From Octopus vulgaris (Eukaryota), in assembly GCA_951406725.2 (NCBI GenBank), contig OX597819.1:127224001-127288000 (forward strand): a stretch of 64,000 nt of DNA, given 5' to 3'. The notes beneath the pieces were generated by a model. That model made no database searches and was not told where the DNA came from. It saw only the letters and a program-made list of their open reading frames with translations. The position numbers and the translations under genes are program-made. How positions within the stretch are numbered: the stretch's first letter is position 1; each line of letters opens with the position of its first letter. Below are positions 13,561-27,340 of this stretch, piece after piece.

Positions 13561-14203
13561 TCCAACATTTAAAAATCTTATTCTTAATATGGCCATATTG
13601 GCGAGATAAAGAGAGAAGCGAAAGGTTTACTTACCTTCCAGTGTCTTGTGAAAGTCGGATGGTTCAACTTCCATAATTGGTGGAGGCTTTTTGTGAGGGG
13701 GGGGGGACCCCTTTAAGATCCTCTAGGTGGGTCTCACGTTCGGGTTTCCCACGTCCTCCAGAAAGCTCTCTCGAATTTTTGCGTAGAAATAGAGCAACAT
13801 TCGCACCAGATGTACGCGAAATGTGTTCGATTCGAACATCACTCCCTTGTTTCAAATTCAATAGTTTGTGTAACGTGGGCAATCACTTCCTCGTTGTCCC
13901 TTCTGATGAGTACGAAGTTGGGTGTTTTGTGTTGGTGTTGTTTAATTTGTTTGCTTGACTCTAGTGGTGATGGTCTTGTTGTTGCTTCTGCTGTGTCTGT
14001 ATGTGCTGTGAGTGTGGTGTTTAATAAAGAGAAGAAGAGAGAGATGGGATCCCAGTAGCAACTCTCGTGGGAACCCCACGAACGACTCATGACATAATGA
14101 TGCCACACATCGAGGGAAGAATTAACGGCGAGAATGAAGCTATACCTGATCATGGTGATGGTTTCCCACCCAGTACGTCCGAAACCACCCGTATCAGGGG
14201 CAG

Positions 14204-14477
<274 letters not shown>

Positions 14478-14545
14478 TCGTTTCTACTCTAGGCACAAGG
14501 CTCGAAATTTTGGGGGAGGGGGCCAGTCGATTAGATCGACCCCAG

Positions 14546-14886
14546 GATCTCAGGGCGACTACAGTACCAGTGATTGTGGGATCTCAAGGAATGATAAAAA
14601 AAAAAGTACTGAAACCTATTTGAAAATGATACTAGGTTTACCATCCTTACAGGAAGTGCAAAAAATCGTGTTGACTGGAACGGTTCATGTACTGAGAAGA
14701 GCATTATCGCTGTGAAAACAACATCCATTCATGAATTTATTTATTCATTAATTTTTTAAATACATATTTTACTTGTGAATTTGCGTGTGTAATCTGGAAA
14801 TGCATACAATGCCCTTCTCTGCCCTAGGTGTGTGGAAAACACTCGGCGAGAAACGGAAGAAAATTTGAATAAAAAAGGAAAAAAAA
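14546..14886 (+). mobile_element. 5'-truncated R4/Dong-like LINE 3' end
   Basis: Encodes VPVIVG..GMIKK / TETYLKMILGLPSLQEVQKIVLTGTVHVLRRALSL*, homologous to the C-terminus of ORF 54967-55590; 3'UTR ends in (TAA)n. Confidence 0.85.
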
Positions 14887-14896
14887 TAATAATGAC

Positions 14897-14947
<51 letters not shown>

Positions 14948-14974
14948 GGATGTAAAGTCTTAGCACCAGTGGAG

Positions 14975-15390
14975 TAGAGTTTGACAAGCTCAGAAAATAT
15001 AAAGACCTACTCATTGAAATTGAGAAAATGTGGCATCTCAAGGCGGTTACAATACCAGTGATCGTAGGAGCACTAGGAATGATCAAGAAGGGAACCGAAA
15101 ATTATATGAGAATGATCCCTGGCTTACCATCCCTGCAAGAAGTGCAAAAGATTGTCTTAACTGGTACATCACACGTATTGAGAAGAGCATTGTCGATGTG
15201 AGAACTGTTGCTGCTCATGTATTTTAATTTAACTTAAAAAAAAAAAAAAAAATGAACGAACTACTGAGTTTGGTTTAATGGCCTACCACTGTATACTATG
15301 AGTTTCTTTGCCCTAGGAGTCGGGAAGACACTCGGCGAGAAATGGAAGAAAATTTGAAGAAAAAAGGAAAAAAAAAAAAAAAAAAATAAT
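14975..15390 (+). mobile_element. 5'-truncated R4/Dong-like LINE 3' end
   Basis: EFDKLRKYKDLLIEIEKMWHLKAVTIPVIVGALGMIKKGTENYMRMIPGLPSLQEVQKIVLTGTSHVLRRALSM*; shares the 3'UTR motif gccctagg...acactcggcgagaaa with the preceding copy; (TAA)n tail. Confidence 0.88.
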
Positions 15391-15409
15391 AATAATAATA
15401 ATGATAATA

Positions 15410-15970
15410 ATGGTTTCAAATTTTGGCCCAAGCCAGCAATTCCGGGAGAGGAGTAAAACGATTTCATAGACTTCGATAGAATTTGAGCTTGGAACATAAA
15501 GATGGGCGAAATGCTGCCGAGGATTTTGTCCAGTGTGTTGACAATTCTAATACAACATTGGTTTCAAATTTTGAGACAAGATCAGAAATCTTCGGGTGAG
15601 TGGGTACGTCGATTAGATTGGCTTCAGTGCTTGGAAATGGTACTTATTTTATCGACCCCAGAAAAATGAAAGACAAAGTTGACCTCGGCGGAATTTGAAA
15701 TCAGAACGTAAAGACGGATGAAATACCACTCAGCATTTTGTACGGAAGCTCTAACGATCCTCATAATATATTGATTTCAATTTTTGGCACTAGGCCAGCA
15801 AGTTTGCGGTGAGGGTAAATCGATTACATGCACCACTTAAAGCTCAACCGGTAATTATTTTATTGACCCCCGAAATGGCACAGAAGACAAAAGTAACCTC
15901 AGTGGGATTCAGGAAGTAAAGCCGGACGGAATGTCACCAACCATTTTGTCTGGTTTGCTAACGATTCTAA
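15410..15970 (-). mobile_element. cluster of degenerate family C-related SINE monomers
   Basis: Repeated tggtttcaaatttt tail, gacctcggcggaatttgaa and aacgattctaa motifs. Confidence 0.6.
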
Positions 15971-16038
15971 TAACACCAATTTTAACTTTATCACCACTAC
16001 CGCTTATATCATGATCGTTGTGTTGTAACATTCATTGT

Positions 16039-16159
<121 letters not shown>

Positions 16160-16497
16160 GCAAGTACTCATAAAGCAACAACTTCCATTCAATAATTTTT
16201 GCAACCACGCCTATCTTTCCTTTGTACCCTTATTGCCGCTATTGTATTTGTTAAAAGCTTCATCACCACTTTTTTCACCGCTACCCTCTACACCACCATC
16301 AGCATTACCAACGCTACTACCGTCACCACTAACATTAACTTAACACCACCACCGCCATATTTAGCTCTCATTCTGTCTTTAACGTTTTAAGTTATAATAA
16401 CTCACTCCTGCAGTGTAACAGTCCTCGACAGTCGACTGATTCAAACGTGCCGACAGCTTGAAGTGTTAACAGCTGGTGTAGTCTTTCCGTTTGCCTT

Positions 16498-16498
16498 G

Positions 16499-16577
<79 letters not shown>

Positions 16578-16578
16578 A

Positions 16579-16620
<42 letters not shown>

Positions 16621-16623
16621 TCA

Positions 16624-16694
<71 letters not shown>

Positions 16695-16695
16695 A

Positions 16696-16791
<96 letters not shown>

Positions 16792-16793
16792 TT

Positions 16794-16833
<40 letters not shown>
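16498..16833 (+). repeat. (TATC)n(TGTC)n microsatellite; (CA)n at 16040-16156 nearby
   Basis: Directly visible. Confidence 0.98.
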
Positions 16834-16834
<1 letters not shown>

Positions 16835-17341
16835 CGCCAATTTGTTTTTGGTATTAAAATAAAATAAGATTTAAATTATAACAAAGACGACAAAGACAGA
16901 TATGTCATTGAAAACACGATTTCGTTTTTATTTATGGCTCCCATTTTGTAACCAGCCAGTCAGTCATTCATCTCTGCCCATGTCATCCCTTCTCTAATTA
17001 CATATATACTTCCTTTTTTTAGTCTACATTACATTAGCAATTACATATATAGAAAACACGTCTCTCGTTCCCTCTCTCTCTCTCTCGAGTCTTAACTGCT
17101 TTGTATATATCTAGGTTCATCTATTTGCCCATCTGTCGTTATTTTCCATTTAGTTCTGCTGGAAACAAAGAACAGTTTGGCAGTCTAGGCGTGAATAGAT
17201 AAGTGGCTATTCTCGCTGTACAAGGGTGTATTGCTTTGACTTGTTTTCCGCTCAACCACTCAAGTTGTAGATCAAGGTTAGGAGAAACAATTTTACGTCA
17301 GGTGCAAATTCATAGAGTGCAACAGGTTAATTTTTTTTTTA

Positions 17342-17504
17342 CAGCAGTGGATGTGCGGTAAGGAGTTTCCTTCCTAACCACATTGCTCGGGGTTCAGTCC
17401 CACTGCGTGGGTGGCACCTTGGGAAAGTATCTTCTACTATAGCCTCGGGCCGACCAAAGCCTTATGAGTGGATATGGAACATGGAAACTGAAAGAAGCTC
17501 GTCG

Positions 17505-17565
<61 letters not shown>

Positions 17566-17760
17566 CTGTCTGTCTGTCTGCCTGTGTGTCTGTCTGCCTG
17601 TCCCCCACTAACGCTTGACAACCGATGTTGATGTGTTTACTTTCCCGTAAATTAGCGGTTCGGCAAAACAGACCGACATAATAAGTACTTGGCTTACAAA
17701 GAATCGGGTCGATTTGTTCGACTAAAACTGGTGCTCAAATAACTGAAGCAGGTAAAAGAG
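17342..17760 (+). mobile_element. SINE family B (diverged)
   Basis: Same head, core, internal microsatellite and tail as 2531-2943. Confidence 0.85.
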
Positions 17761-18711
17761 TTTGGATTTCTAGAATATTCGTCAGTTTCAACCTTGCATG
17801 TAGGTGAATTTTGCAGGTGGGTGAAGGGGGTTCTTTGCATTTGACAGATAAACTACAAGCTTCCACCATATTAGCGGAGAGTTTTCGTAATATATACTAC
17901 ACACATTATTAATTAGCCAATAACTGAAGGATAGAAGTTTATATCCTTCAGTGTGGACGTTTCTTAAGAGATCTGGCATCTGAAAGTTTAATATGTGGTT
18001 TGTAATTCTAAAGTCCAAAATGATCTTTATCTAAAAATAATTGAAAAGATATATACTTCAGCTGTTGAATATGGCACCGTTTTTATTTCGAAAATTGCAA
18101 AATTGTTCTTGATAGGGTTCTCATAAAGTGGATTTTGTTCTTGTTTGGCTCTCATAAAGTGCCATGACCATCACGTATTTCCCCTGACTTGCATTTCCAG
18201 AACGAATTCCTTATACTGACACTGTTCTTCCTTTTTTAAGGCTGGGCAGAGGCTTGCAACGAAAAAGATGCCGATAGTTGCTTGGTAGCAAAAACTCAGT
18301 AGGAAGGTCGTTAGACTGAATGAATTTGAAGAGGAATTTGGTAGGAAATTCGTTATAGAAATAAAGATATTTGCACTGCAGAAGTCCTCGTGACAAGTAC
18401 AGTTCTGAACCGCTTTCTCGTTACCAATCGTAAACTGTCGCTTGCATTGAGATACGACAGAAGGAGATCAGTAACTGGACTTGTAGTAAGAAAGTTCTAT
18501 TCCATTCTGAATTTCCTCAACAACCTTTTGCCGGGTACGAATCACTGACGACATCATAATTTTTCAATGTATCACCGCTGTTCATAGTAGAAGTTTCCCT
18601 CTATGAAATCTCTCATTGCTTGATTTACAAGCAAACTTAACAAGATGCATTTGAAGGAAGTGTCTTGGACACAGACTTCTAGCTTAGTTTTCCCTTGGGG
18701 CTGGCCAGATT

Positions 18712-18942
<231 letters not shown>

Positions 18943-18947
18943 TAACA

Positions 18948-18983
<36 letters not shown>

Positions 18984-19042
18984 TGTATGTATGTATATAT
19001 ATATATATATATATATATACATACGTATATGTATGTATGTTA

Positions 19043-19345
19043 AAGTTTCAATCGAAGTTGCGTCTCGCCTTCACCTTCGAAACGCAGAGTAGATGAAACC
19101 ATGGCGACTGAAGAAGGGGAATTTTCCTTGTGTTATTTGTCCTGTACTCTATTTTTTCGTTGTTTAAGAAAAATGTCCAGTTCCTTGGTTTTCTGTTTAT
19201 GTTTTCGTTTCTCATTGTGTTCGAGGTTTTTTTTTTGGTGCCCTGTACCCATATATGCATGTATATATATATATATGTAGAGGTAGGTACGTACATATAT
19301 GTATGTATATATGCATATGTTTTATCTATTAATTTGTTATTACAC
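19043..19345 (+). mobile_element. TA-flanked interspersed repeat (family E), possibly Penelope-like pseudo-LTR
   Basis: Homologous to 28330-28742 (minus) and 27525-27690; contains ccttcGAAAcgc and CTGAAGAagggga motifs. Confidence 0.6.
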
Positions 19346-19386
19346 GACAGAACGCACGCATCCATTTCTAAGTAAGTTTGTTCTTA

Positions 19387-19423
<37 letters not shown>

Positions 19424-19496
19424 CACATTACGATTTAAAAGCAACTCTCATAATATAAATATTATCGGTCGCACATACATGGTATATATGCTTTTT

Positions 19497-19826
19497 CCAG
19501 ACCAAGTATGATAGATATCCATATTGTGTTATTATTGTAGCTCCTCGGTACCATGTATTCGGAGCACTTCGGAAAGAAACAAATCACCGTTCTGGGATAT
19601 ATATGCAAGTAGTGTGAAGTCTGTTTGCTGGTATGCCGCGGCGTAACGCAAGTAACAGAAAATTAATTTACAGATTCAAAGCAGCTCTAGATTTCACGCA
19701 ATTTGCATATACTTCCCAGATCAACGATTAATTTTGTTTCCAGGTGTTTCGAGTACATGGTACCGTAGAGCCACAATAATGGCGAAATACCGATATCTAT
19801 CATTCTCGATCATCTCGCCTGGTCTG
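19497..19826. mobile_element. old palindromic MITE
   Basis: Imperfect inverted arms over most of the length (gatagatatc...cggtaccatgta vs tacatggtaccg...gatatctatc; ctggga..tatgcaa vs ttgcata..tcccag). Confidence 0.7.
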
Positions 19827-19934
19827 GAATATTCAGTGCTTTTTAACACTCGGCGTCGTGCAGGAAGCTTTTCCAGAACGCTGTAGGGCAGCAAACTGGG
19901 CGTATGAAGACAAACACAAACACCATATATTAAA

Positions 19935-20100
19935 TACGTTCTGAGTTCAAATTCCGCCGAGGTCGACTTTGCCTTTCATCCTTTCGGGGTCGATAAATAA
20001 AGTACCAATTTCGCCCTGGGGTCGATGTAATCGACTTAATCGCTTCGTCTGTCCTTGTTTGTTCCCTCTGTGTTTAGCCCCTTGTGGGCAGTAAAGAAAT
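19935..20100 (+). mobile_element. SINE family C, headless monomer
   Basis: Box B, central domain and tail ending aagaaat. Confidence 0.85.
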
Positions 20101-20525
20101 ATATATATATAAAGAGAGAGAGAGAAAGAGAGAGAGAGAGGGGAAGAAAGAGAGAGAGAGAGGGGAAGAAAGAGAGAGAGAGAGAGAATGATGAAACTAC
20201 GTATTTCTGTATTTCTGTGTGCGTATGCTTATGTGCGTGTGCTTATGTATATGTGTTTATAATATATTAATTGCAGGCAAATATCGTTTATAGGGAGTTC
20301 AAATATCCCCCCCCCCGATCCCTCCATTCCTCCTCCTCCTCCTCCTCCTCATCATCATCATTATTGCCGCTATCGTGATCTTCGTTATCATTATTACTGT
20401 CACTACCATTACGACTGGTATTTTAGGGGGAAATATAAAGATATTACCTAAATCAAAAAATGTATCATTAAATTACTAACCAGTGCGTGACGGAAACATC
20501 TGTCCTTGTTAGTAGCTCGTGATGT

Positions 20526-20528
<3 letters not shown>

Positions 20529-20597
<69 letters not shown>

Positions 20598-20683
20598 TGT
20601 GCGTGTGTGTGTGTTTGCATGTGTGTGTCTATGTGTGTGTGCGCGTGTGTGTGTGTATGTGTGTGTGTATGTGTGTGTGTATG

Positions 20684-20754
<71 letters not shown>

Positions 20755-20763
20755 GTGTGTGTA

Positions 20764-20816
<53 letters not shown>

Positions 20817-20910
20817 GCGTACGTGTGTGCGTCGTATGTGTGCGTATGTACGTGTGTATGTGTGTGTGCGCGCGTGTGTGTGTATGTGTGTGTATGTGTG
20901 TGTGTATGTG

Positions 20911-20981
<71 letters not shown>

Positions 20982-21120
20982 AAGTGTGTGTGTGTGGTAT
21001 GTACGTGTATATCTGCGTGTGTGCGTGCGTGTGCGTGCGGGGTATGTGCGTGTATGTACGTGTGTGTGTGTGTGCGTGTTTGTGTGTATATATATATATG
21101 TGTGTACGTGCACGTGTGTA
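20529..21120 (+). repeat. (GT)n-based microsatellite, about 600 bp
   Basis: Directly visible. Confidence 0.98.
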
Positions 21121-21467
21121 TGAAGTGCAGTTTGGTGTGCGTGCGTCCAGGGATCAATCGGGATCCTGCATTTGAGTATGTAATCGTGTCTGTGATTTCG
21201 TTGCAGGAGAGTTTATCTTCTTACGAATGTGTACGTTGAGGGAATATACACCTGCCTGCATGTATGTTTATTTGTGTCTTCATGTATTTCTATGTATGTG
21301 TGTTTGTATATACCTGTGCGTGCATGCGTGCATAGTTGTGGAAGAGTACGCGAGTTTCTGTGCATGGGTGTACATAAGTGTAAGTGCATCATTGTATTTC
21401 AATGTTTAAATATATTTGCAGATATAAACCCTGTACACTCGCGCACCCATAGACACCTGCATATAAC

Positions 21468-21883
21468 TATTTCTTTACTACCCACAAGGGGCTAAACACA
21501 GGGGGAACAAACAAAGACAGACAAACGGATTAAGTCGATTATATCGACCCCAGTGCGTAACTGGTACTTAATTTATCGACCCCGAAAGGATGAAAGGCAA
21601 AGTCGACTTCGGCGGAATTTGAACTCAGAACGTAGCGACAGACGAAATACCTATTTCTTTACTACCAACAAGGGGCTACACAGAGAGGGGACAAACAAGG
21701 ACAGACATAGGTATTAAGTCGATTACATCGACTCCAGTACATAACTGGTACTTAATTTATCGACCCCGAAAGGATGAAAGGCAAAGTCGACCTCGGCGGA
21801 ATTTGAACTCAGAACATAACGGCAGACGAAATACGGCTATACATTTCGCTCGGCGTGCTAACGTCTCTGCCAGCTCGCCGCCT
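21468..21883 (-). mobile_element. SINE family C, dimer
   Basis: Head + two units; TSD gacac(c/a)tgcatata on both sides. Confidence 0.9.
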
Positions 21884-22611
21884 TATGACACATGCATATA
21901 CCATCAGTTCCCGATATTTCGTTAGCCCATTTCATACCCTTTTACGCAAGCATCCGGTTTCATATGGAGAAAATACACACGCGCGCGCACACACACACAC
22001 ATCTACATAAAGCAGCTAGTGCCAGTAATAGATTTTTATACGGCTAGGTATTGATTTACTGTTTGAAGTTGCGTATTACAGTTTTGAGAAGATTAAATTA
22101 TAAATGTAAGGGTTTGTTTTAACTGCTATGTTCTTATTGCGGGAAGACAGATTTCTATAAAGTTAATATATGCAGTCTAGACTTTAATTCCCTGCTTTCT
22201 GTATATGAATATCTAGCGAAAGAAACATTAGATAAATTTAAGATTTATGATGTGAGCGAACGGATATATTGGTATCAGTGTTATAACTTTAATTTAGTTA
22301 TAGGCGTGATCTCAGTATATAAATTTGAAGTTATAATTGGTTTATTTAAAATTCATAATGTGCAAGACATAGGATGTTGGCAGAAGTGATTATGTGCAAA
22401 TGGTTAAATTAGGCATAACAGTGAATTATTACTAATGACTAAGTATGCGGTTACAATTAACTAGAGTATTGGAGTATATTAGAGAGAAGTGTGCAAAATT
22501 ATCCGAACGCCACAAAATCTATAGAATGAAAAAGAGACGAGGAATAGCTCGAATACTTTGAAATATGATGTAACAAAGTTACAGTATAAAAGTTGTAATT
22601 TTTACACGGTT

Positions 22612-22867
22612 TTGGTGTTGTCCCTTCTCGAGCCATGCCAGGCTCATAAGGGCCGGTTTCCCGGTTTCAGTGGCGTAGAAATTCCCCACCTGGATGGGAC
22701 GCCAGTCCGTCGCAGGATTGCTCATTTTTGCCAGCTGAGTGGACTGGAGCAACGTGAAAATGAAGTGTTTTGCTCAAGAACACAGCGCATCGCCCGGTCC
22801 AGGAATCGAAACCACAACCTTATGATCATGAGTTCAACATCCTAACCACTAAGCCACGCGCCTCCAC
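22612..22867 (-). mobile_element. SINE family A head/core with a different tail (type 2)
   Basis: Reverse complement reads GGCGCGTGGCTTAGTGG...GTTTCGATTCC...GTGTTCTTGAGCAAAACAC then CTGCGACGGACTGGCGTCCCATCCAGG; TSD tttacacg. Confidence 0.85.
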
Positions 22868-23089
22868 AATGTTTACACGAGGATGCAGATAAATAATTAT
22901 AGTACCTAGAATATGAAAACGATGAGCCAGAAGAATGTAAAATAATCCAAAGTATTCAAAGATATATAACGCCTGGAGCACAAAATAGTAATAATGATAT
23001 AATGATTACATATACAAATATTTTGCGTCGTAGACGATCGATGTATATCATTCCAAGTAGCTCACGTCTCACTTTCATGTAAAGGATAT

Positions 23090-23400
23090 TGAAGAGACTG
23101 GCATGTAAGGTCTTGCTCAGTTTTGCTTTGAGATTTCAGTGTTGATGTCTTGGCGCATATGCACTGTGTTCTCCAAGTAGGCGTACTCCTTTATCTCCTC
23201 GATTTCATTGCTTCCCTGCTCTATTCTGCTTTGTGTTACATTTTCGGACCGATGTATTTTGTTTTCATGCAAAGGGCCATGGAAGGATCCATGCCAGCAA
23301 TATAGTCGTGAGAGCATGTCGGACGTGTAATTCGCGAACGGTACGGAGTGAACGACGTGATCGAAAAACACCAGTAGTAGAAGTTCCGCTAGGACGGATA
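23090..23400 (-). pseudogene. decayed RTE-like LINE RT fragment
   Basis: Translation NEIEEIKEYAYLENTVHMRQDINTEISK resembles the IE.V..Y.YLG....EI..R segment after RT domain 7. Confidence 0.55.
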
Positions 23401-23596
23401 TGTTTCAAAGTTCATAGACAGGTTGACCCATGCAGTTGTCGAGTGATATATCATTTTAAATAACTGTTTTGGAGCCTGTTGTGGAGGTGAATGCTTGTGT
23501 GTGTGTGTATGTGTGTGTGAATGTCTTTGTGTGTGAATATGTTTATGTGTAGCTAGTTATAGAAGATAATAGAAATAGATATAATATTCTAAATAT

Positions 23597-23981
23597 TAGT
23601 TTCAAATTTCGGTCCAAAGGTCAGTAAGTTCAGAAGAGGGGTAAATCGATTACATCGCCCCAAATTTTCAACTGGTACTTATTTTATCGACCTCGAAAGG
23701 ATGAAAGGCAAAGTCGACCTCAGAGGAATTTGAACTCAGAATGTAGCGGCAGACGAAATACCTATTTCTTTACTACCCACAAGGGGCTAAACACGGAGAG
23801 GACAAACAATGACAGACAAAGGGATTAAGTCGATTATATCGACCCCAGTGTTTCACTGGTACTTAATTTATCGACCCCGAAAGGATGAAAGGCAAAGTCG
23901 ACTTCAGCAGAATGTAAAGACGGACGAAATGCCGATAAGAATTTTAGCCAGAATGCTAACGATTCTGCAAGTTCGCCGCCC
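23597..23981 (-). mobile_element. SINE family C, dimer (diverged)
   Basis: Two central domains with the same gaaatacctatttctttact junction. Confidence 0.8.
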
Positions 23982-24734
23982 TAATAATACTCTAAATATT
24001 AACTGAATAGATAGTAATTAGGGTAAATAAATTGACACAGGTTAAAGAAGTATAAAAAAGTGTTACGTGTACATTTATCGATTAGTGTATTTATCAGTTA
24101 AAATGTTAGAAAGATGTTAATGTTCTATGTAGGAAAGATCATACGTTTTACCACCTCCCCTGTTTCTTTTTTTTCCCTCATCTCTGTCTACAATTTTCAT
24201 CTACAATTTGCTCCTTCCTATTTAACATTGCAACCACTAATCCCACCATAGGAAGGAAACATGGATTCTTCATTCTAATTATGATATTCCTAAAAATTCT
24301 AGGGATAGAAGTATGCTATACATAACATATTTAGCAGTTCACATTTTTGAATTCGAATGTCAGCTAATTTTTCAGTTTTTCACAAAAGTGTATCACAAAC
24401 TCAACGGGTATGTTCTTTAAATCGAAAAGAATTTATTTAAATTAATTTTATGGAAATTTAACCAGTTTGTATTTAATGATACATCGACATGTCTCAAGTA
24501 AATACTCTTAGATAAGGTTTTTATTTCAATCTGACAAATAAGACTTAAAACCATTGATTTATTACACACTTTTAAGTATTTATTTCAAATTTTATTCGAT
24601 GGTTTCTTAAATATCTTTACGAGTAATTTCATAAAACTATATAATGCTGGTAGGTCACCATAAACCAACAGAACCAACTACAACATAGAAATATCACTAC
24701 CCACTGTATCGCTATCTCCCACCCTCTTTCTTCG

Positions 24735-24767
<33 letters not shown>

Positions 24768-24893
24768 CTTCCATTTACTATTATCAGCATCATCATCAAC
24801 ATTGCCACCGCCACTGACGTTTATTATTACTCTGAGTTCTTTCATTTAGCGAGACAGAGACTTGAAGCACAAAGAATCGACGATATACTATGG

Positions 24894-24925
<32 letters not shown>

Positions 24926-25284
24926 ACAAATATACACACATGCATATGTACATATATATTGGTAAGCAAATGTGTGTATATATATAATAGAAATATTAAA
25001 ATTACTAAGTCTCTCTAAAGGAGATTACGGCAGCGTTACTGGAAATTAATAGTTATCGCCATACTAATATGACAGTCTTATAGATATAAGACTAAAGCTG
25101 TCGCTGATTAGCTCCAAGAGGCCACCGCCTCTAGCTAGCTATTTGACACACAACCTGCGTCCATATATATATATATATGCCACTACACACATTTTTTTCT
25201 TTTCTTGTTTGTTCTGTGTCCCTTTCTGTAGAAGAGCGTTTGTTTTGTACACTACCTGTCTTCGTCTTTTGTTTTTTTAGTAAA

Positions 25285-25322
25285 CTCTTTTATGTTTCGA
25301 GCCTACGCTCTTCTACAGAAAG
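25285..25322 (-). ncRNA. minimal hammerhead-like motif with variant core
   Basis: Minus: CUUU-CUGUAGA-A-GAGC GUAG GCUC-GAAA-CA-UA-AAAG; overlaps the right arm of inverted repeat 25179-25377. Confidence 0.4.
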
Positions 25323-25817
25323 GGACACAGAAAAAACAAGGAGAGAAACAAGCAGAGAAAAAAATGTGTGTAGTGGCTAACGATCTATCAAGGCGACTAG
25401 TGCCGGACAGAGGAGTCAGACAGGAGAGGGAAAGTAGGGGAGATAACAAGGTAAATATGACCCCCATAAAGTTGGGGTTTGTGGGTAGGCAGAGAGTGGG
25501 AGTAGAGGTGGGGTATGTGGGGGAGGGGGGCCCATGTGTGTGTATGTATATTATATATGTATGCATATACATTTGGCGAAGGGTGGGAGTGAGGATGTGT
25601 ACGTTTTCAAGTGAGGGTGGATGAATGTATAACCTTAGGCGCACGCACATGTGTAGGTATGAACAGGCGTGCTTACGCGAATATTATGAACTTTTTACCC
25701 CCTTACTTTACTCGCTTACTTAGTGGTCATTCGAATAGCTCTTTTGTCTTAATAACGGTCAATCACACAGTAATTTCCCTTTGTATGACGGTAATTTTTC
25801 ATAGCATTTTCCCGATG

Positions 25818-25887
25818 GCCGGATAACTGAAGAGATGGCGGTGTGGATTTCCACCTCGGCATCCGAAACTCGGAGATTTATCATGGC
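25818..25887 (+). ncRNA. degenerate type I hammerhead ribozyme
   Basis: gccggauaa-CUGAAGA-gaug...cauc-c-GAAA-cucggag-au-uuaucauggc; stems I, II and III pair, but the cleavage triplet is altered. Confidence 0.55.
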
Positions 25888-26248
25888 TACCGAATAATTG
25901 TCACATGTTACATTTACAGATAAATTCCTCTATTTACATAATATCGAGGTCTCTTTCCTTCTTTTGTTGTCTTACCGTTTTTATCAATATATATATATGT
26001 ATATATCAGCCGAAATTGCGAGGATGATCCGGTTCTTGACTGAAGATTAAAGGTTTCGAATGACCCGTCCGTGTTTTTTGTATCGTCTATTTGGATGTTT
26101 TGCGTTCTTGTCCCATTTTGTTTATATACTCTTTACTCTTTTACTCTTTTATTTGTTTCAGTCATTTGACTGCGGCCATGCTGGAGCACCGCCTTTAATA
26201 TATATATATTTTATATATATTTTATCTAGTTTCAGCTCACGAGCTGTG

Positions 26249-26290
<42 letters not shown>

Positions 26291-26606
26291 AAATGCGAAA
26301 ACTAATTTCTGTGTGTCAGTGTGTCACACTTTCACTCCTTCAATGAAACTTCCTCGTGCAGGGGTGAGAGTAATAATTGGCATAGAAGACTAAGAGAGAG
26401 AAAAAAAGAGTGGGTATGGGAAAGAAAGAAGGAGATGATGAGCAGCTTTGTTAAGCAATGTCTCTGACAGAAATTCCCTTAGTCAACATACTGAATACGA
26501 CCAATTTAGTAATGACCGAACCCCATCCTTTTTTCATTATTTCCTCAATCCTAAATGAGGTCATCATCCTTGAACTCATATCTCATGCCAGTAAATGGTA
26601 AAAATC

Positions 26607-26716
<110 letters not shown>

Positions 26717-26719
26717 ATC

Positions 26720-26793
<74 letters not shown>

Positions 26794-27340
26794 GTAAAAG
26801 CAATTAAGATTCAAGTGAGTTCCAATGAATTCACATGAATGCGGTACTTAACTTAGATGCACCAGAAATCTTTATGGTATTAACCATAAAATAATGTGGG
26901 GTGATGATAAACAAGAAAAAAGCAACAAGAATGGATTAGTTGTTCAGTACAATTGTTTCATACGAAGAACAGCTTTATTAAAAAGCTTTATTAAAAAAGC
27001 TGCAAATATTGCAGCAAATACAAGTAGTTTTGTGAAATGAACAGAAATGTGATCAGGATCTTCTCATATATCAGGAAATGATACCTACTTTATTATGGAT
27101 AAATTCATCGTCTCTGAGTATGAAATATCTCCTCATATCTCCGGAAATTACACCTACATTATTATGGATGGATTTACCTTTTCTGTGAAGCTAACAAGTT
27201 TTTTAAAAACCTTTTATAAAACTGTGCATCATTAGAGAACTTTGGAAGTTTGCTTACAATCTAAATTTGCTTTTTATAGAACTCTCTTCGATACTTCATG
27301 AGTGTAGACTCACCCCCTAGGATGTTTGGAAAACTCAAAT

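Noticed and set aside
13896-13925. CTGATGAGTACGAAGTT as a minimal hammerhead
   Set aside because: GAAG instead of GAAA, no stem II/III
13620-14150. Possible minus-strand exon (AG|GTAAGT near 13635) or Tx1 ORF1 remnant
   Set aside because: No recognisable protein, no clear acceptor; cannot be supported without a search
17780-18700. Possible decayed DNA-transposon coding sequence (QYKEFVLE...PIKNNFAIF, minus)
   Set aside because: Only a vague resemblance, with many stops; needs tblastx
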